This document shows, piece by piece, positions 24,633-38,113 of a stretch of DNA of 64,000 nt (within the stretch, counting starts at the first letter, position 1; the number at the start of each line of letters is the position of its first letter). Origin of the DNA: Callorhinchus milii (taxonomy: Eukaryota). Under the pieces are notes generated by a model, which was not told where the DNA came from, did not search any database, and saw only the letters and a list, made by a program, of their open reading frames with translations. The position numbers and the translations under genes are program-made. The stretch is from assembly GCF_018977255.1 (NCBI RefSeq), contig NW_024704742.1, positions 135,100,001 through 135,164,000 of the forward strand, read 5' to 3'.

Positions 24633-26552
24633 AAAAAAAAAAAAAAACCCTCTGCGCCCCCCCCCCCCAGGGCTCACATCAGAGCCCACTATGGTCCTGT
24701 TGGGTTCGATGCCCCAATCTGCGGGATAATGCCATCCACCTGACCGCTCGCTCCCGGTCCCCGCGTGCGCACTATGGCTGCCGCTTTGACCCGAGCCCCC
24801 TCACCCCCTCCCTCCCTCCCCTCCTCTCTCCCCCCAAACCCTCCCCCCTCTGCATCTCTCCCGCTCTCTCCTCCTCTCTCTCCGTCCCTCTCGTCTTCTA
24901 TCCCCACTTGACCCTCCCACAACCTCCCTCTGTTCCAGTCTGGGAATCCTCCGCCGGGCTCACCGCGGCACTCGGCGTTGGCTGTCCAGCAGCAGCCACA
25001 CCGACTGCCCCATTCCCCACCACTCTCGCCAGCCACCCCGGACACAGACCCGGGGAGTCAACCTCTCCTCCCTCATCCCCATCTCCCCCACCCCTGCCTC
25101 ACAACCTGGACCCCCCTCCCCTCCCACACACCCTTCTGTCAACCGCTCCCTCCACATCGGACTGCAAAATGTCCGCTCCCTCTGCAACAAGGCCCTGGTC
25201 ATCAACGATCTCATCCTTGATGAGAACGTTGATATCATGGCCTTGACAGAAACGTGGCTCACCCCAGGCGACACCTTCCCCCTCACGGAGGCCACGCCAC
25301 CCGGCTACACCTCCCACCACATCCCCCGCCCCAACCGCCGTGGCGGTGGTGTTGCCCTTATCTCAAGGACACCACTTGCCCTATCCCCTACTCCTCTGGC
25401 TCTTTCCCCTCCTTCGAGCACCTCACCCTCTCCCACCCCTCATTCCTCTCCCTTAAAATCCTCCTCCTCTACCGGCCCCCTAAAACCTCTCCCACCTTCA
25501 TCTCTGACATTTCAACACTCCTCACATCTCTTTGCCTCTCTCTGATCGCCTCATCATCCTGGGCGACTTTAACCTACACTTCACCCCCTCCTGCTCCATC
25601 TCCACAGACTTCTCTTCCCTGCTCTCCTCACTCAACCTTTCCCTACACATAAACTCCCCCACTCACAGTCACGGCCACCCACTCGATTTGGTGATCACCC
25701 GGGGCCTCAGTGTCTCGGATGTCACTATTACCGACAAGGCCATCTCCGACCACTACTTCATCTCCTTCACCACCTCCACCCCCCTCCCCACCTCCACCAG
25801 ACCCACCACCATCTTCTACCGCCCTTGGAAGAAGTTACCCCCACAATCCCTAACCGATGCCTTGGAGTCCTCTGAACTCCTCTCCCTCTGGCCTTCAACC
25901 CTCACCGACCCCTCTTCTCCTCTCTCCCTCCTCCACAATATCCTCTCCTCCACACTCGATACTCTTGCCCCCATCACTTCCCGCACTGTCTCCTACTCCC
26001 GCTCCTCCCCCTGGTACACCACCCACCTCCGCTCACTGAAATGCCAGGTGCGGGCTGCTGAGCGCACCTTTGTCAAATCTGGCCTAACGGTCCACCGACA
26101 AATCTGGCTGGACCTCCTCAAAATTTACCGCTCCACTCTAGCCTCGGCCAAGTCGTCCTTCTACTCCAGGATAATCCTGGAGGCGAAGAACAACCCCAGG
26201 CTACTGTTTTCCACCACATCCCGACTCCTCCGTCCCCCCCGCCACCCCGCGCAGGTCATCTCCTCCAACCTTCACTGCGAGGAGATGCTGGATTTCCTTG
26301 AATCCAAGATCAAGGGAATCCGCTCCGCGGTCACTTCCCCTCCAACTTCCACCCACCACCCACCCCTTCTCCCACCACTCCGACTCCTACCCATCCTCCC
26401 CTACACACCTTCGTACCCGTTTCCCCACCCTCTGTCACTGAACTCATCCTATCCCTAAAACCAACCACCTGCTCCCTTGACCCCATCCCCACTCCACTCC
26501 TTATCTCCCAGCTCCATTTTCTTGCCCCACACATCACTGACATCATAAACCT
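24633..26552 (+). mobile_element. Young L2-clade LINE, 5' part (leader, APE endonuclease domain, linker)
   Basis: LQNVRSL, MALTETWL, RGGGVALI, LYRPP, LGDFN, HPLDLVIT and SDHY endonuclease motifs, spread over frameshifts; breaks abruptly at 26552. Confidence 0.93.
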
Positions 26553-26593
26553 AGAAGGCCTAATCACCGATGGTTGAACGGGCAGAGCGGGAG

Positions 26594-27465
26594 ACAACAA
26601 CAACAACATTCCATTTATGGAGCGTCTTTCACGTCAGGAGGACGTCCCAAGGCGCTGGACAGTTGGGTCGGGACCCGAGCAGGGGGGAAATGGTCAGAGT
26701 GAGGGGAGGGAAGGGAGGGAGCGAGGAGGGATAGAGTGTCGAGAGGGGAGCTGAAGGCACGGTCAAAGAGAAAGGTCTTGAGACCGGCCTTGAAAGAGGA
26801 AAGGAAGGAAGCAAGGCGAAGGCACTGGGGGATGGAGTTCCAGAGCCTTGGGGCTGAGAGGCTGAAGGCCCGGCCACCGATGGTAGGGCGGTTGGGGCGG
26901 GGGATGTGGAGTAGACTGGAGCCAGAGGAACGGAGGGTACGGGCAGGTAGGTAGGGGGATAGTAGGTCGGAGAGGTAGGAGGGAGCGAGGCCATGAATGG
27001 CCTTGTAGGTGAGGATGAGGATCTTGAATTCGATCCTCTGGGGGATGGGGAGCCAGTGGAGGCGAGCGAGGGTGGGAGTGATGTGGTCGCGAAGCCTGGT
27101 GCGGGACAGTACACGAGCTGCAGAGTTCTGAATGACCTGCAGTGTGGAGGGAGGTGCCGGGAAGGCCGGCGAGGAGAGAGTTCCTATAGTCCAGCCTTGA
27201 GGTGACAAAGGCGTGGACCAGGGTTTCAGCAGCGTGAGGGGTGAGGTAGTGCCGTAGTTTGGCGATGTTTCGGAGGTGATGGAAGGCGGTGCCAGTTGTG
27301 GTGCGGATATGAGGAAGAAAGGACAGCTCAGGGTCGAACAGAACGCCGAGGTTCCTGATGGCTTTGAGAGGTGGAGAGTGCAGCCTTGGATGCTGATGCT
27401 GTCAGCGCCTGAGGTGCGGCGGCGCTGACCCGAGCCAATCAGGAGGGCCTCAGTTTTGCGCACGT
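26594..27465 (-). mobile_element. 5'-truncated L2, copy 2
   Basis: Near-identical to 17467-18335; LQVIQNSAARVL...HITPTLARLHWLPI. Confidence 0.9.
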
Positions 27466-30134
27466 GGAGCCTGATTTCATTTCTCTACCTCTACCCTGTG
27501 TACAGGTGTTATAGATTATCAATAACTTATCTTAGACGCCTGCTCAATACAGGCAAAAATGATTGAGATGTGCAGTTTTTCACATGGAAAATAATGGATG
27601 AATTGGTTACACTTCAATCTCCTCAATAACATCAAAACATTAAAACATAACTTTCTTTTTCCGCTAGTTAAGGGAACTTTGGGCATGGTCGGTGAGCCCA
27701 AGGCGACAGTGCTTGGAATGTAAATCAAAGACTCTGCTTCAAATTAGCCTAACAGGAGAAGTGGTGTTTCAGAGCTTCCAGAGGGATAGAAGGTGTGTTA
27801 ATTTGACATGTGCCACTGTTGGAAGGGTCCAACAACTGTAATAACAAATTACACTTGAATAGCCCCCTTCACTTTGGAAAGACATCCCAGGGCGCTGGAC
27901 AGTCGGGGTTTTCTGGACCCGAGCTGGGAGTTGGGCTTAGGAGGGTGAAGGGCAGGAGGGTGTGGATGGGAGGGTGGCCGAAGAAAGCAAGAGAGGGAAT
28001 GAGGTGGAGGGATTGTGGGGTAGAGTTCCAGTGTGTGGGGCAGAGATGCTGAATGCTCGACTGACAATGGTGGAGAGGGAAGTGCGAGTGACCTGATGCA
28101 GGCCAGTGTCCGCCGAGTGGAGGGAGCGGATAGGCTGATATGGGGTTAGGGGGTCGGAGAGGTGGTGGGGAGCAAGACTGTAGAGGGCTTTGAGGGTGAG
28201 AACGAGGGTTTTGTGCACGATTCTCTGACTATTTGGTGTGTGTGTGTGTGTATGAAGATGGAAGTCATAGCTTTGGTAAAGAATACACAACAGTGTTTGG
28301 GGCAGACAAGAAAGAACTATTGAGAAAAGATGAAAGTTTAAATGTCTGTTAGGCAAACAGCCGTGAGGCAAACAAGAATTGCTTTAAAAGCTGAAAGTGA
28401 GAAAGTCCTGACGGCTGTCCTCAATTCCATCCAAATCACAGGATTGGGACTCTGATCTGACGCAACATCAGCAAAGGCAAGTTTATTAGTGTAGAAGTGA
28501 AAAGGCGAATTCTATATGTTAAACCAAAGTCTTGTAGTGTAGTAATCAGTACACTCGACCCGCGTTTGATTTCTGGGCAGGTTTCCTTACTCCATACGCC
28601 TCTGTTTACGATTGTGCGAATCGCTTTCTGCGGGTAATAAACCTTCAAAAAAAAATTGTCACTCGATCTACGACAGTTCGTGCGACACTGCTGTACACAA
28701 TTGGCTGCTGCGTTTCAAGCACAAAATACACAGTCAATCCACTTCAAAATATACTGTATTCTGTGAAGCTCTTTTAGATGTCTCAACGTAGTGATAAGGC
28801 GCGTTATCAAATGCAAGGATTATTATTTAGCGTGCAGTTCCACAGAATTTAGTATTTCTGGGGTAGCTTGACAGATTTTGAGATTCCTTCACACTCGACA
28901 AGGTCCACACTTTTCTAGGTGCTTGAGAATGTTTCTGCTGCTTAAACTTTCTTTGTGAAATAATAAGTAATAATCCATGCATTTGATCGAGCGCCTCATC
29001 ACGTCTTCAAGACACTTCACAGAATATACAAGTGAATTCAAGTGAATTGAAAATATTCCACGTTATCCCCAAAATATTTGCAGCACAAGCATACAATTTT
29101 TAATTTATTTTTGTCTGAACTCTATTTTTAATATAATCTAATATATTGTAAAGTGGATCGACTCTGTGTTTCTGGGCAAAACACAGCAGCAAATTAGACA
29201 CAGCAATGTCCCACAAACAGTCATGGATTGAGTGACCAGATTTTTTGGGGGAATTATTACCCCAGGAAAGCGATCCGCCAATTGACTAACAACCGGGCTC
29301 CTACTCTTACTGCTGGGTAAGAGGGCATGTGGAGTAAGGCAACTTGCCGAAGGTTTTGCCCTGCCCGGGAATCAAAACCGGGTTCTCTCGCTTGCGAGGC
29401 AACTGCAATTTGAGCTAAACAAGTAGATTAGCTAAAAAAAATCTAAAAAAAAGAGAGCTGTAAGAAATGGGAATGTGTGAACTGTGACAGTTTTTAGCGA
29501 TTCCAAAGGCACAGTCAGAGAGGAAGGAGTGAAAGTGCAGCTGATTTCATGGAGCTAATTCTTAACTGCTGCTTAACATGTGAAGCAGAGATTAAGACAA
29601 TTGGGACATTATTGCCATGTTTTTACTTGTAGAAGCGGAATGTATTGATTTTAGAAGTGGAACGGGAAGCTTGATTTATGTTTCCAAACTGTCTTAACAT
29701 TCAACCACTCCCTGTTTGAGACTATCCTGTTTGACTTTCGACCCACACACAGCACAGAGACAGCGTAGTCTAAATCACCAACATGTTGCAAACCTCCAGA
29801 TTAATAGGTTGTTCACCTCATAATTGTTTGTGGCAGATTGATGCGTGCTAAGTTGGTGATGTGTTTGCCTACAAAAAACAATAACAATGGACAATAATTA
29901 TTATGAAGCATTTTGAGGTGCATGAAGCACTGTAAAAATACAGTTATAATAATACTCGCATTTGATTTAGCGCCTTATCATGTTGTTGTGACGTCTCGAA
30001 GTTCTTCACACATTATACTGTAAAGGAGGATTAACTGTATATTTCGTGGGGGAAACGCATCAGCCAATTGCGCACATCAGTGTTCCACGTGTAATTCAAG
30101 TGTTATTTGAAATGGGTGTTGGAAATGTGACTAA

Positions 30135-31040
<906 letters not shown>

Positions 31041-33523
31041 TAGGAAAATAGTGGTGAATTCTGATATACAGTAAGTCATTGCGCAATGCATTAATGTTTC
31101 AGAAAAGCTTTTCTTTTTAAAAAAATAGTATTAATATCCAACTCAACACTTGTGTGCTGTATGGACTTTGGTTTGTTCTGTACGCTCTCCATTATATTTC
31201 TATATTTTATAGTAGATGTTTGTTAGTTTGTTTCTTACCTTTTCCTGTCTCTCTCCTCCTTTTCTCTCTTCCCCTCCTCCTTCTTTCTCTCCTCCCTTTT
31301 CTATTTCTCCCTCCCTTCCCTCTTCCATCTCTCCCACCCCCGCCTCCCCTCAACGCCTTCTTTTTTTCCACCTCAACTAAAAACGCACGAGATTGTGTAT
31401 GTGGCGACCTCATCTGCGGTACTGTCATGAGTCTCCATGTGTCTGTCCTGAAGGGAAACATTATCCTGCGGCTCCCTTTAGAACAAACGAGCCTTTCCAA
31501 AACTTGCCAGCAGCATTCAGAGCTAACTATAACTGAGAGCCAGACGCTTATCCATTATATGTTTGTAGCCTATACCAGGATGGGTCCAACCTTTTGGGTG
31601 CTGGGAGGCCGAATGCCCTATTTGAGAAACATCTGTGCATCATACAAGCAATATTTTTCTGTTTCCCTCCCAGAAACATTAACATGACATTTAGGGGCTA
31701 TGGTGGGAGCGGGTGAGCCGGATGAAATGGGGGGGTGGGGGGGAAATGAAATCGGCCCACTGACTGGAATGCAGCCCATGGACCGCGAGTTGGACCACTT
31801 TGGTCTATACAATCTACAGAGATAATGTTCACAAGGTCACGAGAGACATTGACAAGAAGGCCCTTCAGCCTATTTGGTTTCAGCCTTCCCAAAAACTCGC
31901 CCTTCAGAGTTCTCATCATCGAATCTAGCTTTTTTTTAAATAAATGAGTCCAGCATTCTGGCTTCAGCTACCCTTTCTGATAACTAACAACAACAACTTG
32001 TATTTATATATCAGTTCCAATCATTATTTACCCTAAGTAAAGAAATACTTCCTGGTGTCTGTCCTGTAATTGCCCTTCGCAACCTGTGTCCTCTTCTGTT
32101 GTTGCATTCAAAAATATTACTTCCTCAATCCATTTTAAAGTGATACAAACTTCTATAAGGTCCCACTGAGACATCTCCTTTCAAGGGACTGAAGAGCCTT
32201 AGCTTAGTCTAATCAATGCTTATAGCTCATTCTCTTAACACTGGGGATCATCTTTGCTATAGCCTCTAGTGCCTGGGCAGTCCTCTTATGTCATGGCAAC
32301 CAGAACTGTAGTCTAGATGCAGGCTGACCAGAGAAATATAAAGCTTCAGTATGACTTCTGGCGATCTGGACATCACTGATTTGACATCGTCGTCCAGCAT
32401 TCTGTTTGTCTTGTTCATTGTTTCCTCACGCTATTCTGATATATATATATACTGTAGCTCAGTGGTTAGAGCACTCGCTTTGCAAGTGAGAGACCTGAGT
32501 TCAATCCCAGGCAGAGGGTGAAACCTTGGGCAAGTTTCCTTACTCCACACAGAGCCTAATAATAATCCCTCCAAAAAACCCAAAACAATAATAAATTGGT
32601 CATTTTCAATCTACGACTGTTTGTGGGACATTGCTGTGCGCAATTGGCTGCCGCGTTCGCCTACAAATATACAGTCAATTCACTTTACAGTATATTCTGT
32701 GAAGCGCTTTGGGACATCCTTCCGATGTGAAAAGCGCTATATCAAATGCAAGGATTATTATTATTATTATATGGTGACAGATGAATCAGTTAACACTCCT
32801 GTTCTGTTCTGTCCATGGAATACTATTCTTGCTTCCTATATATAATGCCTTGCATTCATCTGTTCTGACTCTCTTTCATTGAGCTAGAAGGGGCTGCAAG
32901 CAGACTATCAAAAGGTCACTAGATAGAATACAGATACTGTGAGAGGAGGCAAAATCAGACACTGCTGCGTTTGAACTTGTATATTGATGGCATATCGAAT
33001 GGGTTATTACAGTGTTGGAAAAGCACCTGACAGTGTGCTGATTACAAGTTATGTTAAGGATAAAATCCGCCTGGTAACACATTGCTGAAGTATTTGACCA
33101 TCTTCCCTCTGTGCTATTGATGGTGGAAGATCGACAGGAGGGAGGACAAGGGTGGTACTTTGTACCTAATTATCTGGCTGGAAGAGAGAAAACAGAGACA
33201 TTTTCAAATTAGGGGTGTTTTTGTGCAATCAAATTTGACGTAGGAGCAGATAATATAATAATAATTTGATATAGCGCCTTAACACATCTTTGCGACGTCT
33301 GTAAAATGAATCTATATTTTGTAGATATACTGTAAAGTGAATCTATATTTTGTATAGATGGTAGTAGGACTAGCTATTTAGCGTTAATGAGAAGGGTGTA
33401 CTCTCAGGCTTGCAAAGCATGACTGATGTGGAAGAACTTCAAAACCCAAGCAGTATTACCCCCCAAGCAAGCTTGACCTGTTCTGATATGCGGTAATTAA
33501 TATTTAATTGTTATTCCTTGCAG

Positions 33524-33612
33524 ACCACAGAAACCGAGCACCCTAGAGATGACTAAAGGGAAACCTCTCCCTCCTTTCTGCAGCTCTGCTTTACAGGGAC
33601 AGATCAAACAAG
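33524..33612 (+). CDS. WDR7: WDR7 89-nt exon
   Basis: ttccttgcag|A CCA CAG...CAG ATC AAA CAA G|gtaact; (R)PQKPSTLEMTKGKPLPPFCSSALQGQIKQ resembles recalled human RPPRPSTPDLSK...VQGQIKQ; phase fits the preceding exon. Confidence 0.92.
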
Positions 33613-34184
33613 GTAACTACAAAGCAAGCTAGCAGTGAGCAGAGAACTAAAGTGACAGAGGTTGAGGCTAAATGTATGAAAAAATTCCTGTTTAATCTGT
33701 GATTTAGCTTTTTTTTCTCCAGTGAATTTTTCCCTCTTGGTTTCTGAAGATTTGACATTAACCAACATTTGAGAAGGATGCTGTTTACTGATGTTTAGGC
33801 ATATTGATGCTCATTATGTCGCTGGGTGCTGCAAAACTACGCCATAATAAATAAAGTAGTATTTAATGCAAGACTTATTCATTATGTTAAATTCCTACAG
33901 GGAAAACATCAGAGAGGCAATGTGGAATTATACAGTAAGTAGTTATGGATACGAAACGTTTATCGATGGAAGTTTAAGGTCTTGTAATGAGTTCCCACGT
34001 TACTTTTAATATTTTGAATGCTACTGAGCATTTAAAAAGCAATGGGTTATATTTTAAGTATTACATACATTGGAAAACTGACCTGTTGGTACATTGTTGA
34101 AAGCTGCATGCTTGCACATTAACAGCATGGTTTAAATGTAGTGCTTTATCACGTGAGAACATCTCAAAGCAATTAATCGTCAAC

Positions 34185-34410
34185 TCCAATGCAGTGCTGG
34201 GGGAATCCTGCATTGTCGGAAGTGCCGTCCTTTAGATGAGACACTAAACCAAGGTCACTTCTGCCTGTTCAGGTGGATGTTGAAGATTCCATAGTTCCAT
34301 GACACTAATCGAAAAGAGAAGGGAGTTTCTCTCTGTGTACTGGGCAATAATTTCACCTCCCCTCCCCAAAACATTGGACATTCACTTCCTGAAATCCTGT
34401 GAAGTGCTTG
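34185..34410 (+). mobile_element. DeuSINE-like relic
   Basis: TGCATTGTCGGAAGTGCCGTCCTTTAGATGAGAC...CAGGTGGATGTTGAAGATTCCAT. Confidence 0.65.
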
Positions 34411-37400
34411 CGATATAATAATAATCTTTGCTTCGAGACAAAGTGTTGTGGCTGTTTTCACAGATAGGCATTTTGTAAAGAGCAAGGTTCCCATATCCGC
34501 AGCCATGAGGTGCGTGAATGGTCGATCAATCTGGAGGATAGCGAAGGAATCACAAAATTAGGACAGACAATTGAGGATAACACATAAAGAGTATTGTATT
34601 GGATACGTTAAGAGGAACTTAGTGGAAAGCTCAGAAAGCATCAGTGCAAATGTTTAGCTATGGATGAAGTAAGCAGAGCCACTTACAAAAAAATCCTTTA
34701 ATGGACAAATTGTCGATGTTATTGCGTGAGAAGCTGGAAACAAAAGGTGCATTAAATACATTCTTCGGATCACGAACAAAGGTTGGACAAGTTCCAGGTC
34801 CAATCAGACTGGCACAGAAATCTATAACTGACGCTAGCCAGGAAAGCATTTGCTGTGCAGAAGCTCAAAGCCGCTAAATGACTGCAGGGCACCTGATCTG
34901 TTGTTTGGCTGCTAAGAAGGTTCTTTTGTGTCTGTCCTCCATTTTCTTTGATCTTCTGGGGATTCTTCAAAACAAGTCGAGGAATGAACAAGCTGATTAT
35001 GATAGGACACTGTGTGCCTCTCACGCCCCGGCACTCTTTATTCCACATCTTATTTCCCACCTGACTCTACAGGACAGATAGTATAGATGGCCCATCACAT
35101 CGGCACTGTTAGTTTTCTCTACATGAGGCACTCGAGTCTTAACCCACTTTCCCATGTGTTCCTCTGAATCAAAATGAAACCCTCGTATGTTTGTTATCGT
35201 GTAGGCGGGAAACAGAGTGGGAAATTCATCCCTACAACAAAATACAGTAACAAATTAACCTTATTCTTATGAACGATAAGGATGATGAACATTTTCAACG
35301 AAGTTATAGTCGACGAACCAAATTGTGTCCTTTATCTGTGCTTAGAGAGGAATGTCTATTGGAATTCAGCTGCTTAGTGTGAGGTAGGGATGGAGCTAAC
35401 ATTTTCCTTATTCAATTTATGCAACTGATACTACATCATGCAAGGCTTAGAGATTGGGGAGGAGTGGGGGGCAGGTGGACGGACAAACAACTTTTCTTTA
35501 GGCAAGTCCACTGTAAACTGCTGAAGCTCGCTCTCCCCAGTTGAAAACGACAGGGTTTTGGGGAGCTCTCCCTTCCCCTTCTATCTCCGCCCGCCCGCCT
35601 TTTTGTTGACCAGGGCAAAAGCCAAAGTTCCTTGTTTTTTAAGACTTGAAAAGGGTTTTGGTACATGAGCTGCATTCCTCCCCCCAAAAAATGTATTGAT
35701 TACACCAGAATGGGATCGAAATCTTGTTGGATAAAGATTCCATCAGCTTCTGATTGACCTTTTACCTTCCACAGATTTTAGATTGCGTTGTGAAAAACAC
35801 TGTGGTTTTGTATGGAATGATGAATTCCAGATCTCGACTGTGGATGCTTCATGTCTCCTGCCTCGTGTAGCATTAGAACAGGCTGACTTTCCTCTGAAAA
35901 GCAAATGCTCATTGAAGCCGCTGTCAAAATTTCATGCGATTGAAGTGGTCCTTGGTTGGGGGAAAATATTATTCTTACCTCATCACCCGGTGGAGCGGGA
36001 TACTTTTGACCACTTCAAAGATCATTGTACTGAGCGGTAGTGGCCTGCTTCACATAAGATTGCAGGCTGTTGGAGTAATCCCCACTTCACTGGCGCTTTA
36101 TAGCCATGAGCTTGCTGACAGCTTAGCATGACAGTCCTTGCCTCAGGGCTTAGCCCCTTTTAAATGGGTGCAACCACTTCCTGTGAACAAAGAAATATTC
36201 CACGTACCGTCTTTACACTTCTCTCTTGCAGACCAGGATACACTCTCCCACATTGCTTTTCAAACAAGTGGTAGATAGCTCCCACGCGGTAGTTTTGGGC
36301 CCATTTGCAAGTGGTTGCATTTGGTGTATGGTTAGGCCCACACTCTGCATAGTTTTTAATTGTATCTCGTTAAACTGTTGTAAAATCCTTTCAAGTAGAA
36401 GGTATTTTGCTTGCAAACCTTTTGCTTTATACCTTTCAAAGCCAAAAATAGCTAAAGCTTCTTCAAAGTTTAGAATAATTGATCTCACAAGGTAAAAGGT
36501 GGATTTAGCTTACACCTTGCTACTAGGACTTTTGCAGACTTAAGATTGGCTTTGCTTAAAGTGCTGCTATCTGATGAATCAGACAAACTGAAAGGACTTG
36601 CATGTACTGTATTTGAATTTCAGGGTGCAGGAATAGAAACCTGGCTCGGTTTATAATGCTCTTACATTTGGGTCACGTTGGGTTGAATCGTTCAGATTGA
36701 TTGTTCATTTACCTCACGACTGTTTGCTGGGACCTAAATGTCCAAAATGTTTGGCTACAGATCCTCAGTCAAGGCATTTGGTGATAATTACTCTTGATAA
36801 TCACTTTGAGATTTCTCTCTATGAGCTGCTTCAAAAAATACAAGTTTATTCTTCTAGAAGTGCAAAGCGTAGGGATACCCCATTCTTTCACCCTTCCCGT
36901 TTCCCCCACAAAAAAGTCGATTCACTTTACAGTATATTGTGTGAAGCGCTTTGAGACGTGTCAATGATGTGATAAGGTGCTATATCAAATGCAAGAATTA
37001 TTATTATTAAAAAAATACAAGTTCATTCTTTCTTTTACACGTGCAAAGCCTAGGGAGAGCCCCATTCTTTCATCCTTCACGTTTTCCCACTGTATTAGCT
37101 GTGCTGGTACAAGCCAGTCGAGTAATAGGACCGTGACCAGCATGGGCTTTGTAAAACTGATCCGTCACAGTGATGCCAATTGTGAAGCAGATTCTTTTTA
37201 TGGACATTTCCAAGCGGATAAAGGAAAGCGTTCACAAAGTGAAAAGCAAATACACCGTTTGAGCAACGCTGTCTAATTTTCAAGCCGTTGTAACAACACA
37301 ATGGGACAAATGCGCTGCTCCTTTATTTTTGATCCACTCGTGTGTGACATATGGTAATTTTTCTATGAAAGTAGGAGTTGCCCAAGTCACGACCTCTGTA

Positions 37401-37726
37401 CTTGATAGTGCGCCTCCCCCCCCCCCCAGTTAGACGAGGCACGCTGTAAGGGCACTGACTTTTCTTATGTTAATGTCACCCAGCGCACTTGAAACGTTTG
37501 TCACTTTTATGTTTTCTCAATGGTTTAAAACGCTGACAAATTACTGCAAGTAAAACTTCACTGCTTCCGACTTCCCTATTCTGTTTCCTTTCCTCCTCAC
37601 TCTGTTCTTCTCTCTACACAAGTGGTTTTGTTAACCTAAATGCTATACAAAACAAGGCAGCCAATTGCTATGCAACTCGGGCTTCCCTGTGCTTGATGAC
37701 GAGGCAGTTTTGCAGATTTTTAATTA

Positions 37727-38113
37727 ATATAATAATAAAAATCCTTGCATTTGATATAGCGCCTTATCACGTCTTCAAAACGTCTCAAAATGCTTCGCAG
37801 AATATACTGTAAAGTGAATTAATTGTATACTTGTGGGCGAAACACAGCAATTGGCTACTGCATTTCGCCCACAAATGTACAGTCAATTCAATCCACGACT
37901 GTTTGTCCCTGGATTGAGTGACCAAATTATTATTATTTTTTTTGAGGGATTATTATCCACAGAAACGCGATCCGCCAATCGACAACCGGTTCCTCTTACT
38001 GTCACTCCATACATGTGGAGTCAGGAAACTTGTCTAACATTTCGCCCTGATGGGAATCGAGCCCAGGTCTCTCATTTGCGAGGCGCGTACTCTTCAGCAC
38101 TGAGCCACAGGAC
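37727..38113 (-). mobile_element. tRNA-derived SINE with an internal inversion
   Basis: Family similarity; 37848-37906 reads in the opposite sense. Confidence 0.85.

Noticed and set aside
24670..24700. Hammerhead ribozyme on the minus strand (CTGATGTGAG)
   Set aside because: The core is CUGAUGU rather than CUGANGA, and there is no matching GAAA strand.
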